This document shows, piece by piece, positions 52,116 to 64,000 of a stretch of 64,000 nt of DNA. The notes under the pieces were generated by a model, which did not search any database, was not told where the DNA came from, and was given only the letters and a program-made list of their open reading frames with translations. Positions within the stretch are counted from its first letter, which is position 1, and every line of letters starts with the position of its first letter. The position numbers and the translations under genes were made by a program. The DNA is taken from the NCBI RefSeq assembly GCF_001194135.2, contig NC_068998.1:36736049-36800048 (forward strand), in the 5' to 3' direction. This DNA is from Octopus bimaculoides (Eukaryota).

Positions 52116-52533
52116 ACAACGAACAACCATTCTGGGAATCGAAACTATGATCCCGCGATCGTGAATGCAACGCCAAAAAAAAAACAAAAAATAGCAGAAG
52201 GAAGAGAGAAAGCTTTATTTCCATATTATCATTTATTTATGTTTATTGCTGCGATGGTAACTCTGTTGGAATCGTAAACTTCTAATAGGTCTGGAAGTAT
52301 CAGTTCCACTACCTATGGTTACATCGTTATATGTCTCGTTTTTCGTAATTATCCTTGTCTGTATGTTTATAACATTTATTATACAGGAATATATTGAGAT
52401 AAATATTTGTAATCAATCTTTTATGGAAATTGAGAAATGTCTGATATTCTCCCATACCTTGTACGTATATGTGCATATTTGTCTTCATTTATACATGCAC
52501 ACACACACACACATACACACACACACATACACA

Positions 52534-52591
<58 letters not shown>

Positions 52592-53242
52592 NNNNNNNNN
52601 NNNNNNNNNNNNNNNNNNNNNNNNNNNNNNNNNNNNNNNNNNNNNNNNNNNNNNNNNNNNNNNNNNNNNNNNNNNNNNNNNNNNNNNNNNNNNNNNNNNN
52701 NNNNNNNNNNNNNNNNNNNNNNNNNNNNNNNNNNNNNNNNNNNNNNNNNNNNNNNNNNNNNNNNNNNNNNNNNNNNNNNNNNNNNNNNNNNNNNNNNNNN
52801 NNNNNNATATATATGTAAGTATATATATATATATCTTGTCTTGTGCAACTCAAGTTTGTTATTTTTATATCCGTATTTGTCTACAGACTTATGCAATGCA
52901 AACAATTCACGTACACACACATATATAGATGAATATCTGTGTACATGTGTGAGCCTATATATGCACATATAGGTATGAAACATATCCATATATGCATATG
53001 TGTGTGTGTGTGTGTGTCTGTGTGTGTGCGTGTGCGTATACCTTTAGACATTTATATATAATGTTTGTATACTGCGTATAGGAGAGAGAAAGAGAACCAA
53101 AAGTAACTTATATGTACTAGCTAGTATTACCTATAAGAAAAAGGAAACTCGATACATTTATGATATACATATTTATTGGAATTTGACGATTTGATATTTT
53201 AGTTACATGCTCATTCATCCCTTGATATATATGCAAAAAACT

Positions 53243-53293
<51 letters not shown>

Positions 53294-53304
53294 CTGTATC
53301 ACTG

Positions 53305-53540
53305 TATCGACCAGCCAATCGAATGTTCATACAAACTGCTGGTTAAAGTGTACTTTATAGCATTGTTGTAGCTTTCGAGTCTTGCCTCATCGCTGGCTAT
53401 GCTGTCACATGGTCATGCGCTTAGAGGTGGGTTGACTGTAGAAACGTGAATTGAAAGGTTTTGTTCAAGAACACAATACACAGCTCGTCTTGAGATCGTA
53501 AATGTAACCCACCAACCATTAGGCCATGTGCTTCCATACA
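53305..53540 (-). mobile_element. SINE family D
   Basis: Minus-strand head ggaagcacatggcctaatggttgg, then tgtgttcttgaacaaaac; tail homologous to 37740-37830. Confidence 0.55.
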
Positions 53541-53546
53541 CAAACG

Positions 53547-53595
<49 letters not shown>

Positions 53596-54910
53596 CACAT
53601 ACGCATGCGCAAACAAATACATATTCATACACATCCAGAAGTTCTCAAGATCAAAAGAAATAAATATACAGTCATTAATAACCGCTGTTTGGAAGAACAC
53701 ACGAGATTTCGTTTAACCTTTTGAGTACAAACCCTCCTTCAAGAAGCAAATTTTTCTCAGCAGGAACTTCGTCTCTGTTCAAGAATACAATAAGCGACAA
53801 CCTAATGTATGCAAAGCGTTCCTATTTTCTTGTGCATCGGCTTGTTTGCACGCATGCGCGCGAGCGTGTGTATGTGTGTTAGTGATTGCTTTTTTGAAAA
53901 TGCGTTTTATATTGGTGTGTTGGTCGTATATATTTTGTGTTGCATAACAGAACAAATGCAATGCTCTGTGATTCGAGGAAAGGATGTTTCTTTATGTTTA
54001 ATTGTAAGAAAACAAGCAAACAGACAAGCAGTATAAATACGCAAATAGACGGCATACAACTGGCGTTGAAAGAAGAATAGAGATTATACATCATGTAATG
54101 TTTCGGGCGATGACTTTTCATCAGTCATTGTCAGACAACAGTTGAGGAAACACCATCTTAAGTGTCTTGCATTTTGACGCCTGGCGTTTCTCATGCATTC
54201 TTTCAACTGTGCTAAGCGTCATTGAATTCCTGTGTACTCCTGTGTTCATATTTCTTTTTTCTGAGAACTTTCGAATGCTGGGGGAGGTTTTCTTCCGGGT
54301 TGAAATGTCTTGAATTTTTTCGTGTACAGATATATACGTATATACGCATCACAAGCACATACAGTCAAACATACACACACACACACGCATATGCATATAC
54401 ATGTATTCACACACACATTTATATATCTACACACAGACATACATATAAAGATATACACATACATATATACGTATATATATATGAATATATATATATATAT
54501 ATANNNNNNNNNNNNNNNNNNNNNNNNNNNNNNNNNNNNNNNNNNNNNNNNNNNNNNNNNNNNNNNNNNNNNNNNNNNNNNNNNNNNNNNNNNNNNNNNN
54601 NNNNNNNNNNNNNNNNNNNNNNNNNNNNNNNNNNNNNNNNNNNNNNNNNNNNNNNNNNNNNNNNNNNNNNNNNNNNNNNNNNNNNNNNNNNNNNNNNNNN
54701 NNNNNNNNNNNNNNNNNNNNNNNNNNNNNNNNNNNNNNNNNNNNNNNNNNNNNNNNNNNNNNNNNNNNNNNNNNNNNNNNNNNNNNNNNNNNNNNNNNNN
54801 NNNNNNNNNNNNNNNNNNNNNNNNNNNNNNNNNNNNNNNNNNNNNNNNNNNNNNNNNNNNNNNNNNNNNNNNNNNNNNNNNNNNNNNNNNNNNNNNNNNN
54901 NNNNNNNNNN

Positions 54911-54943
<33 letters not shown>

Positions 54944-55451
54944 TATATATGGTTATATGTATGCATTTACATGATTAATCAATCTCCTTTCTCAACTAAC
55001 TCAACCATCCGTTAAAGAGATTTACATAACTGAATGTAAAAAAAAAAAATCTTAATTGATTCTCCATTAGTCTATTCAACCAAACATGCTTAAAAGTAAA
55101 ACTGCTTCACAAATGCAACTGCACACTCACACACAGACACTGGTACACACATTGCAACATATATACATTTATACGAGTGTATTTGTGTGTGCGCGGGCGC
55201 GCGTGTCGTTCATTTCTGTATGTTAATGTGTACTGTTATTTATATAACTACATCTATGCTATATTTGCAAGAGGGCATCTGAGTCAATACTGACGTTCAT
55301 TGGTGAAAACATTAATACCAAAGCTTGAAATTTTCCTGCAAACATTTATTGAGCATACAAACGTATACACATATGCATATACATACATTTACGTAAACAT
55401 GTAGACATAAATATATGTCTACTTATACATATGTTTATTTCTGTATATGTT

Positions 55452-55516
<65 letters not shown>

Positions 55517-55612
55517 ATGTATGCATTTATGTATATGTGTTTGCATGTATGAGAGAGTAACGCATGCCATCAAGTATGTATATATGTATTCATTTATATA
55601 CTTATGTATCTA

Positions 55613-55644
<32 letters not shown>

Positions 55645-58309
55645 ACAATATTGCATAAATGTATTCGAATGTGTTTACATTAAAAGCAGTAAATTATCAT
55701 TGAATGAAATCAGTTGATATTTCTTTTACTCACTGAGGAACTAACAACGCCATTAATATATCGCTTCTATTTATCTCCAAAACAACTTCCCGTTCTGTAC
55801 CACTTGACAGAAAATTTAGTATTTATATAAATACAGTTTTGATATTTATAAATGATGTACCTGCATCATTTGTTTATCGAAATATGAAATTTTATTCGTT
55901 AATTAAGCACGAATACAGATAAACTGAAGCCATTGTCGCAAATTTTAAAGCTGATCCGTCAAATTAATAATTCAAAGATGAATATTGTCAAGGAATACAT
56001 GAAAGTATTTTATTGTGTTTGAAACTATTGTGTTGAATAGTATGTGATTAATTAATGAACTACTCCAATTAGAGCATTAATTTTTGTGAAAATTTAGTAA
56101 ATATTACATTCTGATAACTAGTCGAGAATCTCGTTTATTTCTCGTATCATTTGAGTAACTACTACTGTCACATTCATAATCACTTTGACTAACGATTCTT
56201 CTTTCCTTATTCTTATGTCTTCTGTGGACTCTAAACAACTATAAGAAGTTGAACTGATCGAATATTCCTATCAACGTCTCTCATTTGTAACAAATCCAAG
56301 CTTCGAACAGTTGAGAAATTCTCATTATGCCTACTAGAAATAGAAACTAAACCTCTCTGAAATTACAACTCCACTTTTTTGAAGAAAAAAAAAAGAATAA
56401 TATTAAAAAGGCAGTTTATAAAACAGTCATAAAATACATGAAGTTTTAATAAAAGCCCAGAATATTCACGGCTTGAAAGTCCTTGATCATAAATGTGTTT
56501 GCTAGATCAAGATTCACCTGTGGTTTAACAACAACAACAATAACAACACCAGCAGTAGAAGCAGCATATCTATGTTTTAACAAAAGAAATTTTTTATAGA
56601 CACATCTAATCTAATTTGAGAGTTTCATTTTACCTACAGTGTGTAGATGCCGAATTAATATTATTGTGAATTGGTGTTAATAGACTGAGATGCACCTAAA
56701 CGAGTTCACCTAACCAGGTTTAAAACTACTTAAATGTTTTTTTTTTTTATTTGCAGTACGAAGCAGTGCCGTATTAAGTCTCATAGAGACCCTAAACACT
56801 TAAAAGATTTTGGTGCGCTCATGAACACTTAATTCAATATACAACCATTAATAAGGCATGAAACAGGATTAAACAATAAGATGGAAAATAATGTTTATTT
56901 TTAAATATTTCCAATTTATTTATATCCTACTTTTTTTTTTTAGTTGCAAGGTCTTTGATCAGATCCTCACTGTGACACCATGAACACTTCGAAATTATAT
57001 TTCCGATGATATAAACGACTTCGAATATTATTTTAGCAAGTTTCAAGCGATTTTTTTTTTTTTTGTTCCCTAAACAATTTCCCGTTTCTGTGGTTCCCCA
57101 TTTCCTTTAATACCCTAAGCACGAACTTATTTTGCTTTATGGTTAACTCAGCCCTGGAAGTTCCCCATCTTAAAACTCATTTTACTCCTATGTTGATGCT
57201 TAGATTTGTAGATCTTCGTTTTATTGGTTCATACAACTAAAGCTTTCAATTAAGTTTTCCATTGTGTTCTATAAGCGAGGTAGACAAAAGTCCAATACTT
57301 GAACCCGTTTTTATGCTACAATTTTCGATTACGTCATCGATGGCGTTCCGTAGTTACAGTTTTATAGAATGTAGCAGTTGAATTCCACTGCAAGCATTGA
57401 ATAAATTTTCTCCGGTTTGTTTACAGATGTTCATCAGCAGCATAAATCTCACTAATGTGGGATCATATAAAAAGGTCATGGCTACATACGGTCCTCACAA
57501 GACGAAACTAACCTTTAAGAGATGAACACATACATTCATAATATAATTTTATGTATGCATGTACAGAAATTATATATGTGTGTGTGTGCATTTATATATA
57601 TATATATATAAGAAAGAAAAATAAAGTTTTCAAAGAAAAGCAGTTTGAAAGATGTAAAATTAGATTTTACATAAATTGGTACTGTGTTGATACGAGTTGT
57701 TCCCTGTGAAATTCAAATGCTGAGTGACATTTAAAATGAGTAACCTTTTATCTGATAACACAAACAAAAAAAAAAGAAAAAGAAAAAGTAAAAGAAAAAT
57801 ATTTCCAAATGAAAATGTTGAAAATAAATCAGATTTTTATTGTTACATTTTATATATTAAGTGAGTTCCGTAGCACAAATTTCGCCTAGTTTTTCATTTA
57901 TATTATTTGAATTTCCATTTAGATTTAGTGATTTGAAATATATTTTTTTGCACAAGTATATAAAACTTAATGCAAGATAAGTCTTCGAAACTTTTAATAT
58001 ATTAACTCTTAAAATGATTTGTTACAAACATTCTGAATAAGTTTATAAAAAAGTAAACTTATGTAAATTAGAATAGCAAAAATGAATAATCTAATAAGGA
58101 ATGTTAAAAATATTCAGTGGACCTTATAAATTTTTATTTATTTTAAAAGCATAAATTTCACTGGAAAACTTTCGTCACTATCAATATAGAATTTTCTAAA
58201 ATGTTCTTTTTATTTTTGTCATTTTTTTTTTTTTTCATTTTCTAAATTGGTGCGAACATTTGGTATAGAAATAGTCATCTATGTCAATATACAGCAATAT
58301 TAACTTTAG

Positions 58310-58730
58310 CGATGGGGACGAGCTGACAGAATCGTTAACACGCCCGGCCGAGATGTTTAGCGGTATTTCGCCTGTTTTAATGTTCTAAGTTCAATTTCCA
58401 TCGAGATCGACTTTACCTTTCAACCTTTCGGCTTCAATAAAATAAATACTAGAGAGTACTGGAGTCAAGCAATCGATTTGTCTTCTTCCCGAAATTGCCG
58501 GTCTTGTGTCAAAATTGGAAATCATCATTGGCTTCAGCAATTGTTTTCTTTTCTCTTTTCTTGCACATGCCATTAAAAATAGATATAGGCGCCAGCGTGT
58601 GGTAAGAAGTTTGATACTTAACAACATTGTTTCGTGTTCAGCCCTATTGCTTGGCACCTTGGGCAAGTGTTTTCTCTTGTATCCTCGGGCGAAACAAAGC
58701 CATGTGAGTGGATATGCAGGATGGAAATTG
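58310..58730 (+). mobile_element. Family A SINE (58310-58530) followed by a family B head (58587-58730)
   Basis: gagctgacagaatcgttaacacgccc..., then ggcgccagcgtgtggtaagaag...ggcaccttgggcaagtgtttt. Confidence 0.8.
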
Positions 58731-59554
58731 CGCGCGCGCGCGTGTGAAACCTTTCATGACCGTAACTCAGCATGGCCGCTGTCCAGTGACTCAAACAAAT
58801 AAAAGATAAGAGATAGAATGTGCTTCTATCAATAGTAATTATATCAAGCCATGTTAAATTAAAATTAATTAAAGTTTACAAATTGTTCGGTATGATGACA
58901 CCTGTCTGAAATTATTTCTATCAACTGTGTGAATACATTTGTAATCGACAAAAATGCAAGCGTAATTCAAATAAATTTCTTATCCGAGAAAATGCCTCAG
59001 AAAAGAAAAAGAGAATTTATAATCGTCTTAAAAGATATAGCACAAATCTAGTGTGCTATCATTCCAAGAGATAACCTTCACTATTTAAAAGATATAAATA
59101 AAATTATTTGCGGATAAGAAATTTGCGAATGTCTGAGACCCAACAGAAACATCGACTATGTAATGCCAAATAATGTCCTTGATAACGAATGTAACGAGAG
59201 CCGTACGATGACGGTTCACATACATATCACCACGTATCTATGCGGCTGCAATGATCTAGGATCAAGAGGCGAAAAGTGAATGATAGCGAATAACGATTTT
59301 CGGCTGATCATAAACTTTACAACACCAGTTGGCGCCAGTTTTAATCCACAACATTACATACGTCGGACTTTAGCATTCTAGGTTCATTAACAGGAAACTG
59401 GGTATGAAGCGAAGGTCAGAATGAAGAGAAGCCATCAGATTAGTAGTCGTTTTGGGCAATAGAGAACAAAGATTTACATCTGCGAGACGAAGGTCATTCT
59501 GCCCTTATGTGTGCGTATTTAACAGAGCTACCTATTCTACAACGGACCATTTAG

Positions 59555-59706
59555 CAGGTGCGGGGGGTGGGGGTGGCTGCATGGTAAGAAGTTTGCTATC
59601 CAACCACACGGTCCGGGTTCCGTCCCACTGCGTGGCAGTACCTTCCTACATTAACCACCCAAGGCGTTGAGTGGATTTGGTAGAAGAAAACTGAAAGAAG
59701 CGTGTC

Positions 59707-59712
<6 letters not shown>
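59555..59712 (+). mobile_element. SINE family B head followed by (TA)n and a gap
   Basis: gtggctgcatggtaagaagtttgctatccaaccacacggtccgggttccgtcccactgcgtggc...aactgaaagaagcgtgtcgtatata. Confidence 0.85.
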
Positions 59713-59746
<34 letters not shown>

Positions 59747-60100
59747 NNNNNNNNNNNNNNNNNNNNNNNNNNNNNNNNNNNNNNNNNNNNNNNNNNNNNN
59801 NNNNNNNNNNNNNNNNNNNNNNNNNNNNNNNNNNNNNNNNNNNNNNNNNNNNNNNNNNNNNNNNNNNNNNNNNNNNNNNNNNNNNNNNNNNNNNNNNNNN
59901 NNNNNNNNNNNNNNNNNNNNNNNNNNNNNNNNNNNNNNNNNNNNNNNNNNNNNNNNNNNNNNNNNNNNNNNNNNNNNNNNNNNNNNNNNNNNNNNNNNNN
60001 NNNNNNNNNNNNNNNNNNNNNNNNNNNNNNNNNNNNNNNNNNNNNNNNNNNNNNNNNNNNNNNNNNNNNNNNNNNNNNNNNNNNNNNNNNNNNNNNTATG

Positions 60101-60143
<43 letters not shown>

Positions 60144-60144
60144 G

Positions 60145-60191
<47 letters not shown>

Positions 60192-61029
60192 ATATCAGGA
60201 TGCAGTTTTAAAGACAGGAATTTTGTAGCAACGACGTTTGTTTTGTATTTTCAACCCATCTACCACTCGTTTGTCTTCGACCGTTTGCTTTTTGCGATTT
60301 ATTTCTTCAAATTGCAACTGTTTATTTCATTCCTATTGAACCAAGTTATAAAAAAAATTGAAGCGACTGCAAACTTCATAGAAAATAGTTCCGATCAACA
60401 GACGTGCATGAGTAATTTCCTTGAAATTAATCCACTTATTACGTTCCAATCACATATACCTTTAATTAACAGAAGCCAAGATCTGTAGGAATTGATTGAG
60501 GAGCAGAGAGAGACATAGAGGGAGAGGAGGAGGAGGGAGATAGTGAGGGTGAAAGAGAGTAAGTGAGATAGAGAGAAGAGTGGGACAGCATGTGAAAAAG
60601 AATAAAAGAAAAGACATAAAAAGAAGAAAACTAGTTTGTTGAAAATGATTGCTGTAATTTCTTTTCAGATGTATTCGTTATTGGAAAATACTGAAATTGG
60701 TCGCCATATTGGAGTAACGAGTTTAGTTTCTCAATTAGAACTGTGCAGAGTAACAAGATCAAAGTAAAGTTAAGAATGACTTATGTATGCAACGTCATGG
60801 GAGATAAAACAACTTTTCTATCGAGTAGTTTAACTTGTACTTATTAAGGCCAGAACAGAATTAGTGTAGAAGAGAGTTGTTTTTCTTTTTCTGTTGTACG
60901 TTTTTCTTAAGTAGTTTAGTTACTCCGAGTAGTCGGATCGCGTTTACTCTTAGATCGAAGTCGTTGACGTATGTTTAACAGCTGGAAAAGGAATTATGTG
61001 TATTTTCTTTTATCTTTTTCTTCTTTTAA

Positions 61030-61410
61030 TTGGTGGAATGCGGTCATGCATGCTAAGGCACTACCTTGCCGGGTTTAGTCGAACAAATCGACCGCAGTAC
61101 CTATTTTAAACGCTGATATTTATCCTCTCGGTCTGTTTTTACTATACTGCTACGTTACGGGGACGTAAACAGGCCAATATCGGCCATCAAGTGTTGTGTG
61201 TTGGGGAACGATCATAAACACAAGAACACACGCAGATACACACAGACACACACACACACACACATACACATACAGATATACACACATATACATACGACGG
61301 GCTTCCATACAGTTTCCCTCAACCCGTATTCACTCATTGGTTGGCTTCGGACTATAATAGTAACATTCGACCATGTTGCTGTAGAGTGGGACTGAGCCCA
61401 AAGGTATTCC
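61030..61410 (-). mobile_element. SINE family B/C with internal (CA)n
   Basis: tgcggtcatgcatgc...ttagtcgaacaaatcgac...ttacggggacgtaaac, then (CA)n, then acgacgggcttccatacagtttcc...gtgggactgagccc. Confidence 0.75.
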
Positions 61411-62937
61411 TGCATCTTATATGGGGAATTTTTTTCTGAAGTAGTGTTGTTACTCAGAGTAGTTTGATCTCCTACACTCTTAGATTAGTTATACCAAAGT
61501 AGCAGGAAAGAAAAAGAAAAGAAACTCCGGATGGTCACAGTTTTAAAGTGGAAGGGTTGAGCAATGTGTACAGGGCCTCGAACGAAATGCCTGGGATATT
61601 TACGGTCCTTATTGGTTAATATTTACTCTCATGTGCTGTGGTCGATAAAAGATGATGTGACCTTGCATACAGAAAATTTCAGAATATGAAAGATGAGAGA
61701 AAGAGGGAAAGCTGAGAACTTCATTGGAATTTGTCTAAATACGATTGAAGAGAAACGAGTGGTAGATGGGTTGAAAATGCAAAAGAAAGCGTCATAGGAA
61801 ATACAAAACAAAACGTTTAAAAAAAAATTGAAAACTGTTTTATTTGTAACACGGACGGCTAAGAACGTGGGCAGTGGTCGCAGAATGGACTATGGTGCGA
61901 GCAAGATGTCCAGCAAACAGGCATATAAGACAAAAGTATATAAAATAATAAAAAAAACTTGCAGTCTCTTAGTGATACCACTGACGTCATAGTTTTTAAT
62001 CATAAATCATAATTCCGTTCGACGAAACACTTTTACACGCACTTGTACACACATACATTCATACACACAAACACGTATACATATACTGAGACAGACAGAC
62101 ACACAGACACATACACACAGACACACAGACACACACACACATGCACACACATGCACATACGCATACAACAGTGATAGCATTTTTATGTAAACATTCTACA
62201 GGATGTTCAGAGAGTTGGTTTCCTGCCTGTTTTCACTTCGGATAATAAACAGAAAAAAAAGTTCATTAAAGTCCTATCAGAAATATCTCAATCAACTGTC
62301 TTGGACGCCATTTTAGTCTTATGCCTTTCTTTTCTTTTCGTTTTATTTTCTTTTTTTTTTCCAGGGGAAATTGGAGTAGGCGTGGTTGCTTCGTTACAGA
62401 TTTTTCTTTTGTTTTAATCTACATATTTTTTTTTTCTTAAAAACTTCTTTATAATTCTTTACAATGGTAGCATGTTGCTGATAACAACAGTTCTTGTAGC
62501 ATGGTAAATTGGGACAATATGCATGTAAATACCGCTTTATCTGCCAATTCATGGCTTCTTTTCAATTCAGTACATTTTGTAACACAATACCCTACAGCAC
62601 ACACACGTGAGAAAGAAGATTATTTTTATATATTGCATGTATTCAAGCAGTTTATAATTTCCCTTGTTTCCATTGTCTTAAACAAAACACAATACAACAC
62701 ACATGCACACATACAACTCCCCCATCTCTCTCTCTCTATATATATATACATGCAGACGCATACACACACACATATGTATAAGCATACATGCATTTATGGT
62801 TTTCTGTTTTAGCATTCATTTGCTAGCTTAAAGATACTTTTCCCGCTTACAAATTGATTTGCAATTATTAAACCTTGTCTGTTGCATATACAGACTTTTG
62901 CCTAATACAAAAGAAACATTGTAAGATACAATTGAAA

Positions 62938-62973
<36 letters not shown>

Positions 62974-63029
62974 NNNNNNNNNNATGTATGTATGTATGTA
63001 TGTATGTATGTATGTATGTATGTATATGA

Positions 63030-63255
63030 GTGTCGTCTTTGTATCTCTGTTTGTCCTCCAGCATCGCTTGATAATGGGTACTGGTTTGTTTTTGCCTCCT
63101 TAAGATTAGCGGTTCGGCAAAATGTTCCTGATACAATAAGTAGAAGGCTTAAAAGAGAAAGTAGTGGTCGATTGTTCGACTAAACCCTTGAAGGGTAACT
63201 CAGTATCATTGCAGTCTAACGACTGGAATAATTGAAGCTAAACAATGAAAGATAA
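63030..63255 (+). mobile_element. SINE family B/C, 3' body
   Basis: catcgcttgataat...ttagcggttcggcaaaa...ggtcgattgttcgactaaa. Confidence 0.75.
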
Positions 63256-63340
63256 AATATGAATGATATACGAGATATACGCATAATTGCATACCTACAT
63301 ACAAAAAATAAAAACGTCATGCAGGCACACGTGCGTGTAT

Positions 63341-63374
<34 letters not shown>

Positions 63375-63384
63375 NNNNNNNNNN

Positions 63385-63453
<69 letters not shown>

Positions 63454-63564
63454 CATACACACACACTACATACATGCATAAATACATATATATATATATG
63501 TAGATATTAAGATATTAAGAGTCATCCACAATGATCAGTGATATATATATATACACACACACAC

Positions 63565-63720
63565 ACACACGAAGATCTTCTTTCAATTTCCACCTGCAAA
63601 GTCCACTCGCAAGGCTTTGATTAGCCCCGGAGTATAACAGAAGACACCTACCCAAGGTGCCACGTTGTAAGATTGAACCTAGAACCATGAGTTTGAGAAG
63701 CAAACCTTGTACCACTCAGG
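63565..63720 (-). mobile_element. SINE family B head
   Basis: tccactcgcaaggctttg...gaagacacctacccaaggtgccacg...gaacctagaaccatg. Confidence 0.8.
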
Positions 63721-63843
63721 TAGAACTTCACCAGAAGAAGTACGTGTTTTGTTTTTCCGTACGGTATTATGCAGATTAAACCAAAACCAATCTTTGTGAC
63801 TTACAGTTATATAAAGGCTGTAAAAAGTTCTACTAGTTTCTAA

Positions 63844-63869
63844 TCTATATATATAAAAATGAGAATGTG

Positions 63870-63908
<39 letters not shown>

Positions 63909-64000
63909 GTGTGTGTGTTTCCCTAAAACTCGAGAACTACACAACCAATTTCATTCAAATTTTACACATGTCTTACTTAGGGTTCCGGTTGTGTTTTAGT
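63844..64000 (+). mobile_element. Non-autonomous Helitron-like element, 5' end (runs off the window)
   Basis: A|TCTATATATATAAAAATGAG start (5'-TC after A), internal (GTCT)n microsatellite, then aaaactcgagaactac...ccaatttcattcaaatttt. Same layout as Lep1-type non-autonomous Helitrons. The 3' CTRR end is not visible. Confidence 0.6.

Larger units (their letters stand above)
1..64000. repeat. Window-wide dense microsatellites: (CA)n, (TA)n, (TATG)n, (TATC)n, (TAC)n, (AAT)n, (TCT)n, (CT)n; most N gaps abut them
   Basis: Examples: (TAC)n 2600-2696, (AAT)n 5377-5445, (CAT)n(TCT)n 15592-15745, (TAG)n 35553-35625, (ATT)n 50571-50648. Confidence 0.98.

Noticed and set aside
54091-54130. Minus-strand CTGATGA...CCCGAAAC hammerhead-like core
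   Set aside because: Stem II closing pairs are mismatched and there is no valid stem I or cleavage triplet.
56640-56840. Plus-strand acceptor-like sites followed by short peptides (CRCRINIIVNWC*, TKQCRIKSHRDPK...)
   Set aside because: No linked upstream exon or recognisable family; compatible with chance acceptors in T-rich DNA.
60695-62320. Promoter suggested by YY1-like CGCCATNTT (about 60702, 62306) and a CRE palindrome TGACGTCA (61982-61989)
   Set aside because: Short motifs expected by chance; no CpG-rich island or downstream exon to anchor a start site.
36-63715. The many ORFs rich in CV/HT/YI/poly-amino-acid runs or X
   Set aside because: They are translations of microsatellites or N gaps, not genes.
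1-64000. CRISPR arrays, rRNA, prokaryotic operons
   Set aside because: No repeat-spacer periodicity, no rRNA signatures and no gene-dense coding; the sequence is clearly animal repeat-rich DNA.

Overview
AT-rich, microsatellite-saturated animal genomic DNA with roughly 10% assembly gaps (N runs). The repeat repertoire resembles an octopus/coleoid cephalopod scaffold; this is inferred from recurring tRNA-derived SINE families and extreme (CA)n/(TA)n/(TATG)n/(TAC)n density. I cannot support any complete protein-coding gene. Almost every ORF in the supplied track is a translation of simple repeats or N gaps. Supportable content: (i) about 45 SINE copies or fragments in at least four families, labelled here A, B/C, D and E; (ii) decayed 3' remnants of several non-LTR clades (two RTE, two restriction-like-endonuclease R2/R4-type, one Penelope GIY-YIG, possible CR1/L2); (iii) a mariner-type MITE with TIRs and TA TSD; (iv) a Helitron-like 5' end at the window edge, and a Helentron/DINE-like terminus next to an AP-endonuclease fragment. 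Best observations for follow-up: a 358-bp fold-back insertion with a perfect 13-bp TSD that looks like two SINE 3' ends joined back to back (48909-49266); a diverged three-copy tandem unit that keeps minus-strand splice donor/acceptor signals, one copy carrying a signal-peptide-like exon (48040-50030); a minimal hammerhead-like motif (29894-29937); and a perfect 32-bp inverted repeat (13033-13167). All coordinates were read by eye; SINE boundaries are approximate.
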